From Dehalococcoidia bacterium (GTDB lineage: Bacteria > Chloroflexota > Dehalococcoidia > Bin125), in assembly GCA_963555985.3 (NCBI GenBank), contig OY820591.1, forward strand, positions 2,272,001 to 2,336,000: a DNA stretch of 64,000 nt, read 5' to 3'. The notes below the pieces were generated by a model. That model was not told where the DNA came from and searched no databases. It worked only from the letters and a program-made list of their open reading frames with translations. Shown piece after piece: positions 39,770 through 48,734 of this stretch. Position 1 is the first letter of the stretch; each line of letters starts with the position of its first letter. The translations under genes and the position numbers were made by a program.

Positions 39770-42553
39770 GTGCCCCTCTCTCGCAACGAGCTGAGGCCGC
39801 GCGCGGCCGAATTCGCTCGGGATTGGGCCGACGCCACCTACGAGAAGGCCGAGACCCAGAGCTTCTACAACGAGTTCTTCGCCATCTTCGAGGTCAAGCG
39901 GCGCAGCGTCGCCCGCTACGAAGAGCACATAAAGCGGCTCGACAATTCAGGCGGCTTCATCGATCTGTTTTGGCCGAAAGTGCTGTTGGTCGAGCAGAAG
40001 AGCGCTGGCCGGAGTTTGGCGGCGGCGCGCGAACAGGCGCTTGGCTACTTCGACGCCCTGCCAGAGTCTGAGCGCCCGCGCTATCTGCTGCTCTGCGACT
40101 TTCAAAACTGGGAACTGCTCGACCTCGATCTCGAGGAAGAAGTCCGCTTTGCGCTGCACCAGTTGCCGGACTACATCGACCAATTCAATTTCGTGCAGGG
40201 TTTGCAAAAGCACCCCTTCCGCGATCAGGATCCGGTCAATATCGACGCATCCGAGCTAATCGGCGCAGTCTACGACGGGCTGAATGCGTCCGGCCATCGC
40301 GGTCATGCACTCCAGCGCTTTCTCGTGCGGATCGTCTTCTGCCTCTTCGCCGACAACACCGGAATCTTCGAACGCGACAGCTTCCTGCAACTGCTGGAGG
40401 AGCGCACCTCCCCGGACGGCGCCGACACCGGCATGTGGCTCGACCACCTGTTCACTGTGCTCGACACGCCTGTGGCCGAGCGGTCAACGCTGCTCGACGA
40501 AGATCTCGCAGCATTTCCCTACGTGAACGGCGACCTATTCAGAGAACGATTGGATGCGCCGGACTTCGACTCCAGTTTGAGAACGTCGCTGATCAACGCG
40601 GCGCGCTTTGATTGGTCGAGAATTTCGCCAGCGATCTTCGGCGCGTTGTTCCAGTCGGTAATGAATCCCGACGAGCGCCGCGCGATGGGGGCGCACTACA
40701 CCACGGAGCAGAACATCCTCAAGGTGATCGAGCCACTCTTTCTCGATGACCTGCGGGCCGAATTTGAGCACCTCAAGCAGAACCGCGGAACGCGGCGACG
40801 GGCGGAACTGGAGCGCTTCCAACGCCGGCTCGGTGAGCTGCGCCTGTTCGACCCGGCCTGCGGCTGCGGCAACTTCCTGATTATCGCCTACCGAGAGCTG
40901 CGCCGGCTTGAAATCGAGGTGTTGCAGGAGCTGTATCCGTTCACTGAGACGGCAGCGCTGGACGTGTCTCAGCTCTCCAACATCAATGTGCACCAGTGCT
41001 ATGGAATCGAGATTCTCGACTTTTCCGCCCGCATCGCTGAGACCGCGCTCTGGATGATGGACCACATCATGAACGTGCGCCTCTCGGAGCAGCTCGGGCA
41101 GTATTTCGCGCGTATTCCGCTGGGCGAGTCGCCGCACATTCGCTGCGCCGACGCGCTCGAGATCGACTGGAACGACGTGCTACCGGCAGAGCAGTGCAGC
41201 TATGTCTTCGGCAATCCACCGTTCGTTGGCTCCAAGCTACAAACGCGGAGGCAACGGGATCAGATCCGGCGAATCGCCGATCTCGGCGGCAGTGGTGGCT
41301 CGCTCGACTACGTCGCCGCCTGGTTCCTGCTCGCCGCTGAGTATGTGCAACGCGGCGAAGCTCAGATCGGCTTCGTCGCAACCAACTCGATCACGCAGGG
41401 TCAGCAGGTCGGTCAGCTCTGGCCACTGCTCTTCAACCGCCACGGGCTCGAGATCGTCTATGCGCACCGTGCCTTCGCCTGGGGTTCAGACGCCAAGGGA
41501 ATAGCGCGCGTGCATGTCGTCGTGATCGGTTTGACTCGGTCAACGGCAGCACGTGCGAAGCGGGCACTCTACTCATATGACGATCTCAAGGGCGAACCGT
41601 CTCAGAGCGTGCATCGAGCCATTTCGCCGTATCTGATCGACGCCGACGCGCTCCAAAATCCACACCTGACAGTCAAATCAGCGTCATCGCCGCTCAACGG
41701 CCTCACACCGCTTCGCTACGGTACACAGCCGATAGACGACGGGAACTTGATTCTGAACGCGACTGAACGTTCGAAGATACTGAGTCAGTGCCCCAACCTC
41801 GAACCCCACGTGCGGCCGTTCGTCGGCGCACAGGAATTCTTGCAAGGAGGAGAGCGGTGGCTACTGTGCTTGGAAACTGCTCCACCTGCGAGCATCCGCT
41901 CGTGTTCCGACGTTGCGAAACGAATCTCGGCGGTTCGCGAGTTTCGCTCGAAAAGCAAGCGGGCAGTCACTCGTGAACTGGCAGCCAAGCCAAGGAGCTT
42001 TGCATTTTCGACGATTCCTGCCAACCCGTTTCTGACGATTCCTGAAGTCAGTTCGGAGCGCCGAGAGTACGTTCCGATCGGTTGGTTGGAGCCGCCAACC
42101 ATTCCCAGCAACCTGGTTCGGGTCCTCGAAGCTGCAACGCTCTGGCAATTTGCGTTGTTGACCTCGGCGATGCACAACGCCTGGATGCGCACTGTGGCAG
42201 GTCGCCTCGAAAGTCGTTACCGCTACTCAATCGGGATTGTCTACAACACTTTCCCTCTGCCCGACGCCGACGACGAGCAACTGCAAACGCTCGCCCCTCA
42301 CGCCCAGGTCGTGCTGGACGCCCGCGCACAGTTCCCGGACGCCTCCCTCGCCGATCTCTACGACCCCGACCTCATGCCGCCGCCGCTGCGCAAAGCGCAC
42401 CAACAACTCGACCGCGCCGTAGACCGCCTCTACCGCCGCGCCCCCTTCCGCTCCGAGCGCGAGCGAGTCGAACACCTGCTGGGGCGTTACGAGCGGATGG
42501 TTGCGCCACTCGAAGCGACGCGGCCCAAGCGTCGCCAACGTCGCTCTCGCTAA
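39770..42553 (+). CDS. MmeI-like type IIL restriction-modification enzyme
   Basis: N-terminal IDLFW..LLVEQKS nuclease motif; GAHYT, DPACGCGNF, GNPPF and SSERREYVPIG motifs. Confidence 0.92.
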   Translation: MPLSRNELRPRAAEFARDWADATYEKAETQSFYNEFFAIFEVKRRSVARYEEHIKRLDNSGGFIDLFWPKVLLVEQKSAGRSLAAAREQALGYFDALPESERPRYLLLCDFQNWELLDLDLEEEVRFALHQLPDYIDQFNFVQGLQKHPFRDQDPVNIDASELIGAVYDGLNASGHRGHALQRFLVRIVFCLFADNTGIFERDSFLQLLEERTSPDGADTGMWLDHLFTVLDTPVAERSTLLDEDLAAFPYVNGDLFRERLDAPDFDSSLRTSLINAARFDWSRISPAIFGALFQSVMNPDERRAMGAHYTTEQNILKVIEPLFLDDLRAEFEHLKQNRGTRRRAELERFQRRLGELRLFDPACGCGNFLIIAYRELRRLEIEVLQELYPFTETAALDVSQLSNINVHQCYGIEILDFSARIAETALWMMDHIMNVRLSEQLGQYFARIPLGESPHIRCADALEIDWNDVLPAEQCSYVFGNPPFVGSKLQTRRQRDQIRRIADLGGSGGSLDYVAAWFLLAAEYVQRGEAQIGFVATNSITQGQQVGQLWPLLFNRHGLEIVYAHRAFAWGSDAKGIARVHVVVIGLTRSTAARAKRALYSYDDLKGEPSQSVHRAISPYLIDADALQNPHLTVKSASSPLNGLTPLRYGTQPIDDGNLILNATERSKILSQCPNLEPHVRPFVGAQEFLQGGERWLLCLETAPPASIRSCSDVAKRISAVREFRSKSKRAVTRELAAKPRSFAFSTIPANPFLTIPEVSSERREYVPIGWLEPPTIPSNLVRVLEAATLWQFALLTSAMHNAWMRTVAGRLESRYRYSIGIVYNTFPLPDADDEQLQTLAPHAQVVLDARAQFPDASLADLYDPDLMPPPLRKAHQQLDRAVDRLYRRAPFRSERERVEHLLGRYERMVAPLEATRPKRRQRRSR

Positions 42554-42579
42554 CCGGTTCGATTGACGAGCTCACGTAG

Positions 42580-42678
42580 GCAGACGGTCCGCAGGTAGAG
42601 CACCTGGACGAGGCACGACGTCAGGGCGGCTTCAGAGCGTTCCGGCCGGAGCTGTTTGGTCCGCGAAGCGCGCGCTAG
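42580..42678 (+). pseudogene. Remnant copy of the enoyl-CoA hydratase 3' end (39646-39768)
   Basis: ADGPQVEHLDEARRQGGFRAF/RPELFGPRSAR*; 29/32 aa identical, 24-nt deletion. Confidence 0.9.
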
Positions 42679-42899
42679 CCGGCGGCGATGACAATCGCCA
42701 CAGCCAAGCCTGCGATCGCGAGCATCGCCAGGATCAGCTGAACCTGCTGACGCGCGAACATCGCTTGCAGTCGCAGTTCGAATTCTTCGCGCGTCGGGTA
42801 CTCAGACATCGCGTCGGTGAACTCGTCCGCGTCTTCCGAGCTCGCGCCAATCTTGCGCAGCACCCTCCGAATCCGCAGCATTGGCGTCATCACGGTCAT
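42675..42899 (-). CDS. Small membrane-anchored protein, DUF1640/CCDC90-like
   Basis: LRKIGASSEDADEF head, PTREEF neck and C-terminal TM helix; paralog at 45085. Confidence 0.65.
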   Translation of the reverse strand: MTVMTPMLRIRRVLRKIGASSEDADEFTDAMSEYPTREEFELRLQAMFARQQVQLILAMLAIAGLAVAIVIAAG

Positions 42900-42990
42900 G
42901 ACTGGCAGCCTCCCGCCGGGACGTTCAGGTTCGGGCGTCTGCTAGCCTCAGCCTAGCCAGTGGGTGACGCGCCGTCATTGGAGAACAAAG

Positions 42991-43542
42991 ATGGTTCGGG
43001 TTGAAGGACTGTATGACCTGGAGACGGTGCGGCGCGAGTGGATCGGGCGCAAGACCGAGGTCGTGCCCGGCCGCTATCCGGTCGAATACGACAGCATCCG
43101 CCGCCACTGCCACATGGTCGAAGACACCAACCCGCTCTTCCTCGATCCCGAATACGGCAAGGCCTCGGAGTGGGGCGCCGTGATCGCGCCGCCGGTGATG
43201 ACCCGCTACTTCGCCGGCGCAGGCGTCTGGCCGCCAACCTCGTCCGACCAGATGGCGACCCTGACGCGCGCCATTCCCACACGCGGCGTGCGCATGATCA
43301 ACCTCAACACCGAGTGGGAGTACTTACTGCCCGCCAAAGTCGGCGATCACCTCGCCTCGCAGACCGAGGTGACCGACATCTACGAGAAGTCGATCCGGCT
43401 CGATCCGCGCTCCGTCTGGATCGTCACCGAGACCAGGATCACGAATCAGCACGGCGAGTTGGTCGCCGTCGGCACCAACACGCTCTGCACCCATCGAACC
43501 CCCGAACAAGTCGAAGCAGAGGAAGGCGAGCGCCCGCTATGA
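42991..43542 (+). CDS. MaoC/FAS1-like dehydratase, N-type subunit
   Basis: IRRHCHMVEDTNPLFLDPEY and IAPP motifs. Confidence 0.88.
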   Translation: MVRVEGLYDLETVRREWIGRKTEVVPGRYPVEYDSIRRHCHMVEDTNPLFLDPEYGKASEWGAVIAPPVMTRYFAGAGVWPPTSSDQMATLTRAIPTRGVRMINLNTEWEYLLPAKVGDHLASQTEVTDIYEKSIRLDPRSVWIVTETRITNQHGELVAVGTNTLCTHRTPEQVEAEEGERPL

Positions 43543-44003
43543 CGACCCGAACCGCTCCGAACAGCATCGCAACCGAACAAACCTATTGGAACGATGTCCG
43601 CGTCGGCGACCTGATTGACGGCTACGACCTGAGCTTGGACTGGACCAAGATGGTCGAGCAGGTCTCGGGCTCGCAGGACTTCTATCCCGTCCACCACGAC
43701 CCCGAATTCGCCGCCGAAGCCGGACATCCCGCCATCTTCTACAACACCGGCTTCACCCAGGCCGCGCTCTGCCGCGTGATCACCGACTGGGCCGGACCGG
43801 CCGGCTGGCTGCAAAAGTTCCGCTTCGAGATGCGGCGCATGAACATTCCCAACGACCAGGTGCACGCGCGCGGCAAGGTTGTCGGCAAAGCCAACCTGGA
43901 CGACGCTCACGGCACGGTCGAACTCGAAGTCTGGCTCGAAAACGACCGCCTCGGCGTGACCACCCCCGGCTGGGCGACCGTACGCCTGCCCAAGCGCAGC
44001 TAG
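43539..44003 (+). CDS. MaoC-like dehydratase
   Basis: SQDFYPVHHDPEFA hydratase motif; ATGA coupling. Confidence 0.88.
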   Translation: MTTRTAPNSIATEQTYWNDVRVGDLIDGYDLSLDWTKMVEQVSGSQDFYPVHHDPEFAAEAGHPAIFYNTGFTQAALCRVITDWAGPAGWLQKFRFEMRRMNIPNDQVHARGKVVGKANLDDAHGTVELEVWLENDRLGVTTPGWATVRLPKRS

Positions 44004-44034
44004 CGGCGGCGACCCACTGACCTCGGAGACGCCC

Positions 44035-45075
44035 ATGACACGGATCGGCATCATCGGCGCCGGCGCCATCGGCGGTACTGTTGGCGGAATGCTCACCCGC
44101 GCCGGCTACGACGTGACCCTGATCGATCACTGGGTCGAGCACGTCGAAGCGATGAAGGCCAACGGCCTGCGCCTATCGGGGCCGCTGATCGGCGATATCC
44201 GCGTGCCGGTCAAGGCGCTCCATCTCTACGAGGTGCAGGCCATCTCCGAGCCGTTCGACATCGGCATCGTCGCGGTCAAGTCCTACGACACCGAGTGGGC
44301 CACCCACCTGCTCAATCCCTTGGTGCGCGAGAACGGCGCGGTCGTCGACTTCCAAAACGGCATCAACGACGAGCGAGTCGCCGCCATCGCCGGGCGCGAC
44401 CGCACCCTCGGCTGCGTGATCACGATCGGTTGCGGGATGTACGACCCCGGCCACTGCCTGCGCACCGACACCCGCACGCTGGGCTTCAAAGTCGGTGAGC
44501 TGGACGGCTCAGACTCCGACCGCGCCCGCGAGATCGCCGCCATCATCAATCACGTCGCCGGCGCCGAGTCCACCACCAACCTCTGGGGCGAACGCTGGGG
44601 CAAGCTCGCCGTCAACTGCATGGCCAACCCCATCGCCGGACTCTCCGGCTACGGCTCCGGCGAGGTCCGAGCCCGCAACGAGACCCGCTGGCTCTGCACC
44701 CGCATCGCCGCCGAGGTGGTCCAGGTAGGCCGTGCCTACGGTCACCAAATCGACGCCGTTTGGGGCATCCCTGCGCAGAAGTTCATAGACGTAGCCAACG
44801 GCGCCGATCCAGCAGAGCTGGACGCCGAGCTCATCGCCGGAGCGCAAGCGCTCGGCGCAGGCCGCCCCAGCTTCCTCCAAGACGTCATCCGCCGCCGCCG
44901 AGTAGAAATCGACGCCCTCAACGGCTGGGTAGTCGAACAAGGCCAAGCCGTAGAAGTACCCACCCCAATCAACGCCGCAGTCACAGAAGTGGTGCGGTCG
45001 TTCGCGGTCGGGGAGTTGCAATCGGATCCAGCCAACATCGGCCGAATCATGAAACGGCTTGAGGGAAGTCGGTAG
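44035..45075 (+). CDS. Ketopantoate reductase family protein
   Basis: GAGAIG, VKSYDT, QNG, WGKLAVN, SFLQD and EIDALNG motifs. Confidence 0.92.
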   Translation: MTRIGIIGAGAIGGTVGGMLTRAGYDVTLIDHWVEHVEAMKANGLRLSGPLIGDIRVPVKALHLYEVQAISEPFDIGIVAVKSYDTEWATHLLNPLVRENGAVVDFQNGINDERVAAIAGRDRTLGCVITIGCGMYDPGHCLRTDTRTLGFKVGELDGSDSDRAREIAAIINHVAGAESTTNLWGERWGKLAVNCMANPIAGLSGYGSGEVRARNETRWLCTRIAAEVVQVGRAYGHQIDAVWGIPAQKFIDVANGADPAELDAELIAGAQALGAGRPSFLQDVIRRRRVEIDALNGWVVEQGQAVEVPTPINAAVTEVVRSFAVGELQSDPANIGRIMKRLEGSR

Positions 45076-45084
45076 GGTTGGCCC

Positions 45085-45321
45085 ATGGCGCTCAACCCAC
45101 TTCGCATCCGTCGCAGCGTCATCAACCTCGGAGCGACCGAAGATCAGGCTGACGAGGCAACCGAAGCGCTGATCGAAGGATTCGCCGGTCTCGTGACCAC
45201 CGAAGACCTGCACGCCGCGCTAGGAGCGCTGGAACATCGCATTGTCAATCGGCTGCTGCTCGCGATGATTGGTCTGAGCGCTGTCATCATTGGATCGGTG
45301 GCGCTGATTGTCCATTTGTAA
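45085..45321 (+). CDS. Small membrane-anchored protein, DUF1640/CCDC90-like
   Basis: LGATEDQADE, LVTTEDL and C-terminal TM helix. Confidence 0.7.
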   Translation: MALNPLRIRRSVINLGATEDQADEATEALIEGFAGLVTTEDLHAALGALEHRIVNRLLLAMIGLSAVIIGSVALIVHL

Positions 45322-45338
45322 CCGGGGAGAGCGGTGCA

Positions 45339-45588
45339 ACACCGGCGGGTGCAGCGGTGCCTAGAGTAGTGCGGTTAGTTCCGGGGAGGATCGGCTGAGT
45401 CGCGGATCCGATCGAACGAATTCGATTGGCCTGTCCTGCCGCCTTGAATCCACCTCGCACGAGTGTCGCATCATCGGCATTGGCGCGACCGAAGAGCAGG
45501 CGGACGACTTCGTCGATGCAATCAGCGGCCCGGCAACCGAGGTAAGCTCGAACCAAGCCCACACACGCTGGCGAAATCAAATGCAATG
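45339..45588 (+). pseudogene. Decayed copy of the ketopantoate reductase 3' end plus a second small-gene copy
   Basis: TPAGAAVPRVVR versus TPINAAVTEVVR; then ALNP and, after a frameshift, IGATEEQADDFVDAI. Confidence 0.7.
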
Positions 45589-47445
45589 AACATGTCAGAT
45601 TCGAATAGGCCCATCACTGCTCAGGAACTCATGTCATGCGGCTGGGAGGATGTGTTACGCGGTCTCAATGAACAAGGCTATATGGCCATGGAGGGCGAAT
45701 TCAGGAAGGCGGCGGCAGTCGCATTCGAGCAGGATCGGACCACCGATGGAAGTGCACTTCGCCTGCTGGCCGAGCTGTGCTCAATGATGCTCTCCGTTTC
45801 TGACTCCAAAGTCCCGTTCAGACCCGAGTGGGTATTGGAGGACCGACGATCCAGAATTCCAGACGACTTGCTTCCTGCAGAAACTGCCGCTCTTTCTGAT
45901 TTCGTCCCGACAGTGGAGAATCCATGGCTCAAGGGGCGTCTTGCTCACGTTGTGTGGATCGCGAGCAAGCCACGGGATGTTCCGTTCGCGTTGATGACGA
46001 TTGATTGCTATCGGTCGTTGCCGCTAACCGTTTCCGCGTGGCTTCACGGCAGTCACGCCGCATGGGCTCAAGCGATCATGCTCAGCAAGGGTCTGCGAGA
46101 CGCAGTTGGCAACCGCCTAGAGGAAGTCGAGCACGCTCTCGTCGAGACAGCCTTGTCCTCAGAGTTCGGGCAGGAGGTACCGATTCTGCCGATCGGCCGC
46201 CTTCTCCGGAAACACGGACTCGGCAAATCAAGAGCCGGCGACATCGCGTCTCTGTTCGCCAAATGCGCGCAGGGCATTGCTGCGGACGGCGAACACACCA
46301 ACGCTGCTGCCTACTTCGAGCAGGCGAGCGAGTGGTACGGCGTCGCCGACGACCGGAATTCGCAAATCGAGATGATCGTCGCCGAGGCGGAATCGTACGT
46401 CGCGGAGGGTGAACAGCGTCTCCAGTCAGAGGCGCCCTCAGCCTCAGTCGCCGCCTCATGGTTCAATGACGCGGTCCAGGCCTACCGCAAGGTTCCGAGT
46501 GCCGAGCGATCACGATTTGGCATCGATGAGCGGATTCATGACCTGCGCATGTTGTTGTCTGAAACGAGGCGTGAGTCCATGAGCGAGTTCAAGACTTTTG
46601 AGACTAGTACCGATGTCTCAGAAGCAGTAACGCGAATACAAGACGAATTGCGGGGCCACGATCTCCCTCAATCGCTCAAACGCTTTGCCGCTCTGGTCGC
46701 GCCGCCGTCCCACCAACAGATGATTGACGAGGCAAAGGCGATTGCCGAGCAGACCATCTTTACGAAGCTGTTCGGCGTCAGTCACATGAGTTCCGACGGC
46801 CGCGTGGTTGGGCACCGGGACCCTTCCCGTCCCGACAATGCGGAGCAGGAGGACAAGGGTCTTGAAGACGATACGTTTCGCCAGTACCAGCACACATTCG
46901 GCTTCATCGGCGCCTGTGTAGTCGAACCAGCGCGACTTGTGATTTCAGAAGAACATCAGCTAACGGAGCGCTACTTTGCAGAGCTCGCTGCGGTGTCTCC
47001 ACTCGTGCCTCTCGGTCGTGAGATCATATTCGCAAAGGGCCTCCACGCTGGGTTCGTCGGTGACTACGTTACTGCTGCCCACTTGCTGATACCTCAGTTC
47101 GAGCATTTCATTCGCTGCGCTATTGCGAACACCGGAGGTCCAACGACGAATCTCTACGACTCTGGCGTCGAGCACCACAAGACCCTCGACGCTCTTCTGG
47201 CGCTCCCTGAAGCAGAACCCACATTTGGGAAAGATCTGTTCGAGATGTTGAAAGCCATCCTCTCCGATCCGAACGGCGAAGGCTTGCGAAACCAGATCGC
47301 GCACGGCCTGCTTGACGATCACGATTTCCCGTGGGACCGCGCAGCATTTCTGTGGGGACTAGCACTGTCGCTCACAGTCAGATCACTCGTCGTAGATGGT
47401 GGAACGATTCCGGATCTTCGAGGGTCGGACGATCCTGCAATGTGA
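45586..47445 (+). CDS. DUF4209 (HEPN-like) domain protein
   Basis: HLLIPQFEHFIR and GLRNQIAHG (R-x4-H) near the C-terminus; atypical codon usage. Confidence 0.8.
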   Translation: MNMSDSNRPITAQELMSCGWEDVLRGLNEQGYMAMEGEFRKAAAVAFEQDRTTDGSALRLLAELCSMMLSVSDSKVPFRPEWVLEDRRSRIPDDLLPAETAALSDFVPTVENPWLKGRLAHVVWIASKPRDVPFALMTIDCYRSLPLTVSAWLHGSHAAWAQAIMLSKGLRDAVGNRLEEVEHALVETALSSEFGQEVPILPIGRLLRKHGLGKSRAGDIASLFAKCAQGIAADGEHTNAAAYFEQASEWYGVADDRNSQIEMIVAEAESYVAEGEQRLQSEAPSASVAASWFNDAVQAYRKVPSAERSRFGIDERIHDLRMLLSETRRESMSEFKTFETSTDVSEAVTRIQDELRGHDLPQSLKRFAALVAPPSHQQMIDEAKAIAEQTIFTKLFGVSHMSSDGRVVGHRDPSRPDNAEQEDKGLEDDTFRQYQHTFGFIGACVVEPARLVISEEHQLTERYFAELAAVSPLVPLGREIIFAKGLHAGFVGDYVTAAHLLIPQFEHFIRCAIANTGGPTTNLYDSGVEHHKTLDALLALPEAEPTFGKDLFEMLKAILSDPNGEGLRNQIAHGLLDDHDFPWDRAAFLWGLALSLTVRSLVVDGGTIPDLRGSDDPAM

Positions 47446-47463
47446 TCGACCACCAAGAGGAGC

Positions 47464-48660
47464 TTACGCCCCATTCCCAGGACCACCAAACTCCGGCAAC
47501 ACCTTCTCCGAGAAATCCTCAATCGTCCGCAAAATCTGACCCCGCGACAACAGCCCGTTGTACTGCCACATGAAAATCCAACTCACCGGCGTCACATCCA
47601 GCATGTTCTGCACCTGACGCTTGACCGAATCCAGCGTCCCCGCAAACAGCAAACCGTTCTCCAACTGCTCCTCCAGCGTCAAGAGCTCGCCGCCCGGAGG
47701 ACGCAGCGCCTCCGCGAAGCCGAAGGGAGCGAACCAAGCGCCGCCCGCAAACGCCGCCGAGTGACGCCAGAGCTCGATCGCCTCCTCGTCGGTGTCCGTG
47801 ATGATCACGTCGCGCAGCACGCCCAGACCCTCGCCCGGCTTCAGCTCCCGCCCCACTGAGGCCGCCTCTTCCTGGTAGACCTCGTAGAGCCGGTTCTGCA
47901 GCTCCGGGTACATCGGCGGCAAGATCGCCGTGATCCCCTCGCGGGCGCACCAGCGGATCGTCCGCTCCGACGAGGCGAACGGCTGGAACAGCGGCGGGTG
48001 CGGCTTTTGCAGCGGCTTGGGCACGACCCCGATCTGGCGCACGATGTTGTTCTCATCCACACCCTTGCCGTACATCCGCGTCGCCTCGATGTCCCAGGGC
48101 GTGCCCTCGGGCGGAATCTGCCAGGCGTGACCCTTGTACTCGACCATCTCCTCGGTCCAGCACTTGCGGATGATGTTGAAATGCTCCTCAAAGGCGGCGC
48201 GGTTGGCCGCGTCAATCGCATCGTGGTTACCTGGATGCGCCGCGTGAACGCCGTGGATCTGCTGCGCGAGCGTGTCGACCCAGCGCCGCTGATACCCCCG
48301 CGCAAAGCCCGCGAGCGCCCGACCGCCGGTCATGTGGTCGAGCATCGCAATGTCCTCGGCTACCCGAATCGGGTTCTGCGCGGGCAAGACCAGCCCAAGC
48401 TGTCCGACGCGGATGCGCTCCGTCTGCATCGCCAGGTAAAGGTCGAGCATGATCGGATTCGGCGAGACCTCGAACCCCTCAATGTGGAAGTGATGCTCGG
48501 TGAACCCGATCGAGTCGTAGCCGAGCGCGTCGCCGGCTTTGGCGAACTCCGACAAGTCCGCCAGCATCTCCTGATACAGCTCGGGACGGTTGCCGGCCAT
48601 GCCCGCTTCGATGTCTTCACGGGTACCGACGGAGGGGAGGAAGAAGAGACTGACCTGCAT
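47464..48660 (-). CDS. Luciferase-like (LLM) flavin-dependent oxidoreductase
   Basis: FTEHHF, NPIRVAEDIAMLDHMTGGR and PKPLQKPHPP motifs. Confidence 0.93.
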   Translation of the reverse strand: MQVSLFFLPSVGTREDIEAGMAGNRPELYQEMLADLSEFAKAGDALGYDSIGFTEHHFHIEGFEVSPNPIMLDLYLAMQTERIRVGQLGLVLPAQNPIRVAEDIAMLDHMTGGRALAGFARGYQRRWVDTLAQQIHGVHAAHPGNHDAIDAANRAAFEEHFNIIRKCWTEEMVEYKGHAWQIPPEGTPWDIEATRMYGKGVDENNIVRQIGVVPKPLQKPHPPLFQPFASSERTIRWCAREGITAILPPMYPELQNRLYEVYQEEAASVGRELKPGEGLGVLRDVIITDTDEEAIELWRHSAAFAGGAWFAPFGFAEALRPPGGELLTLEEQLENGLLFAGTLDSVKRQVQNMLDVTPVSWIFMWQYNGLLSRGQILRTIEDFSEKVLPEFGGPGNGA

Positions 48661-48676
48661 GGGAGATCCTATATCT

Positions 48677-48734
48677 GCCCCTCTCCCTCTGGGAGAGAGC
48701 CTGCCCCCGCGAAGGCGGGGGGATGGGGTGAGGG
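48677..48734. repeat. REP-like palindrome
   Basis: CCCCTCTCCCTCTGGGAGAG-AGCCTGCCCCCGCGAAGGCGGGG-GGATGGGGTGAGGG. Confidence 0.75.

Noticed and set aside
39646-42678. DGR template/variable repeat pair
   Set aside because: Differences are third-position changes of all base types rather than adenine-specific, and there is no reverse transcriptase.
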